Source: Ignicoccus hospitalis KIN4/I (GTDB taxonomy: Archaea > Thermoproteota > Thermoprotei_A > Sulfolobales > Ignicoccaceae). Taken from it: a DNA stretch of 32,000 nt. Below are positions 30,591 through 32,000 of the stretch, in pieces (the first letter of the stretch is position 1; every line of letters starts with the position of its first letter). The stretch is taken from the NCBI RefSeq assembly GCF_000017945.1, contig NC_009776.1, positions 840,001 to 872,000 of the forward strand, read 5' to 3'. A program made the translations under genes and the position numbers. The notes below the pieces were generated by a model that saw only the letters and a program-made list of their open reading frames with translations, did not search any database and was not told where the DNA came from.

Positions 30591-30812
30591 ATGGCGGACA
30601 CGGCCCACAAGGTGATGGCAGAGGCAATAGGCAAGATAGTACTAGTCAAACTGAGGGACGGTAAGGTCAGGGGGAGGCTGAAGACCTTCGACATGCACTT
30701 GAACATAGTCTTGGAGGATGCCGAGGAGGTCAGGGAAGACCAGACGAGGCCCTTAGGAACAATATTAATCAGAGGAGACGGCGTAGTCTTCGTATCTCCA
30801 GTGGAGGTGTGA
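30591..30812 (+). CDS. Sm-like archaeal protein (SmAP/LSm)
   Basis: [35 protein letters not shown]......[15 protein letters not shown] contains the Sm1 and Sm2 motifs. Confidence 0.92.
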   Translation: MADTAHKVMAEAIGKIVLVKLRDGKVRGRLKTFDMHLNIVLEDAEEVREDQTRPLGTILIRGDGVVFVSPVEV

Positions 30813-30816
30813 GGCC

Positions 30817-31008
30817 ATGAGCAAGGGCACTCCCTCGTTCGGCAAGCACAACAAGGGCAAGACCCACATAAGGTGTAGGAGGTGCGGCAGACACTCGTTC
30901 AACGTTAGGAAGGGGTATTGCGTCGCTTGCGGCTTCGGGCGCTCTAAGAGGATGAGGCGCTACAGCTGGCAGAACAAGAAGTCTTGGACCCGCGTTAGGC
31001 TCAAGTAA
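30817..31008 (+). CDS. rpl37e: 50S ribosomal protein eL37 (L37e)
   Basis: [51 protein letters not shown] has the C4 zinc ribbon of L37e. It forms the conserved archaeal Sm-L37e gene pair. Confidence 0.95.
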   Translation: MSKGTPSFGKHNKGKTHIRCRRCGRHSFNVRKGYCVACGFGRSKRMRRYSWQNKKSWTRVRLK

Positions 31009-31053
31009 CTTTTAGTTCTTTCCGTATTCCTTGCAACCGGAAGGTGTGACGCG

Positions 31054-31692
31054 TTGAGCGTAGACGAGAAGGTGGCGAGGGCCCTAAAGGGCACTACGAC
31101 CGTCGGCATAAGGTCCGAAAAGGCGGTCGTCCTCGCGGCGGACAAGAGGGCCACTGCGGGGAACTTCATAGTCCACAAGAGGGTGGAAAAGATAGTGAAG
31201 ATCAGCGATTACATGGCGATGACCACGGCCGGCCTCGTAGCAGACGCTCAAGTGCTCGCGGACGTGTTGAGGATGGAAGTGAAGAACTACGAGCTGTTCC
31301 ATAAAAAGAGAATGAGCGTTAAGGCCGCGGCCACCTTCTTATCGAACGTGCTCCACTCGGCCCGCTTCTACCCCTACATAGTTCAACTGCTAGTGGGCGG
31401 CTTTGACACCGCCCCCAGGCTCTACAGCTTGGACTGGTTCGGGACGGTAGCTGAAGAGGAGTTCTTAGTCACCGGCTCCGGCTCTCCGATGGCCGTTGGG
31501 GTCATCGAGGCTGAGTACAACCCCAATATGGACTTAGAGGAGCTGGTGAACTTAGCAGTGCGCGCGGTCTTCGCGGCCACTCGGAGGGACACCGCCTCCG
31601 GCGAGGGCATAGACGTCGCAGTCATCGATCGGAACGGCATCACAATGCGCCATTACCGCTTAGGTGATGTAATAAGGCTTGTGCGCCCGTAA
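31054..31692 (+). CDS. psmB: Proteasome beta subunit (with short propeptide)
   Basis: ..ALKG|TTTVGIRSEKAVVLAADKRATAGNFIVHKRVEKI.. has the catalytic Thr after the Gly-Thr processing site. TTG start behind a GGAAGGTGTGA SD. Confidence 0.94.
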   Translation: MSVDEKVARALKGTTTVGIRSEKAVVLAADKRATAGNFIVHKRVEKIVKISDYMAMTTAGLVADAQVLADVLRMEVKNYELFHKKRMSVKAAATFLSNVLHSARFYPYIVQLLVGGFDTAPRLYSLDWFGTVAEEEFLVTGSGSPMAVGVIEAEYNPNMDLEELVNLAVRAVFAATRRDTASGEGIDVAVIDRNGITMRHYRLGDVIRLVRP

Positions 31693-31739
31693 GAAATAGG
31701 TTTTTCACTCCTCTGAGGAGGAGTTCTGGGCATTAAGCT

Positions 31740-32000
31740 ATGAAGAAGGTGTTGGCGTTCTTACTGACGTTAGCGGCGGCGGCCTTGGCGCAGAAGCTGG
31801 TAGTTCCAACTGCGATGAGCTGTGTTATTTCCGCTAACTACCCCAAGTTCGAGGTCCCCGTTCCCGTAATAACGATAAACGCGACCTCCCTCACGGTGCG
31901 AGTAGACGCTTGCGGCTTGGTTTCTTCTAAGGCTTACGTAGCGATGGCCTATACCAAAGGAACTATAGGTTTGGAGTTGCCCCTCAAGGAGCTGAGGTAC
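31740..32000 (+). CDS. Hypothetical secreted protein, N-terminal fragment (continues beyond the window)
   Basis: The ATG at 31740 follows a GAGGAGGAG SD. The frame is open to the window end: MKKVLAFLLTLAAAALAQKLVVPTAMSCVISANYPKFEVPVPVITINATSL.., which has a signal-peptide-like N-terminus. It is not in the ORF track because it is truncated. Confidence 0.5.
   Translation, partial: MKKVLAFLLTLAAAALAQKLVVPTAMSCVISANYPKFEVPVPVITINATSLTVRVDACGLVSSKAYVAMAYTKGTIGLELPLKELRY

Noticed and set aside
1-32000. CRISPR arrays, IS elements or transposases, integrases, toxin-antitoxin pairs and classical defence systems
   Set aside because: By eye I found no regularly spaced direct repeats, no terminal inverted repeats flanking an ORF, and no transposase, integrase, Cas or restriction-modification signatures in any listed ORF. 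A computational repeat search (self dot-plot, CRISPRCasFinder) would be needed to exclude short repeats I may have missed.

Overview
Gene-dense (about 90% coding), roughly 55-57% GC archaeal chromosome segment. The gene content points to a hyperthermophilic crenarchaeon. Supporting features are a crenarchaeal single-OB SSB, a stand-alone 5S rRNA, an intron-containing tRNA, TATA boxes about 30 bp upstream of start codons (leaderless first genes), GGTG-type SD sequences inside operons, many TTG/GTG starts and overlapping gene ends. An HAO-like octaheme cytochrome c combined with this degree of compaction is reminiscent of Ignicoccus, but that is inference only. I support 38 protein genes, one 5S rRNA and one intron-containing tRNA(CAT). 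Housekeeping genes include ilvD, uL3-uL4-uL23, Sm-L37e-proteasome beta, NMNAT, SSB, a TIP49/RuvB-like AAA+ protein and an XPB-like helicase. The least ordinary region is 20.1-26.3 kb. It holds a tightly coupled minus-strand operon: RHH, ATP sulfurylase, a cytoplasmic NPP-type alkaline-phosphatase-superfamily enzyme, APS kinase, RHH. The two small RHH proteins share an identical C-terminal tail (ERLRSLGYL). This operon is divergently joined, through one shared TATA box, to a TauE/SafE-type permease, a second cytoplasmic AP-superfamily enzyme and a cupin. No PAPS reductase or sulfite reductase is visible in the window. I read this as a possible undescribed PAPS-utilising or sulfo-metabolite module. 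Other points of interest: an octaheme cytochrome c 3 kb from a hybrid-cluster protein; a tRNA(CAT) with C33 and a canonical BHB intron; an XPB-like helicase with a roughly 310-aa uncharacterised N-terminal extension and no adjacent Bax1; a TIP49 with a DD Walker B; and a ribosomal protein cluster that stops after uL23. No CRISPR array, integrase or transposase was seen.
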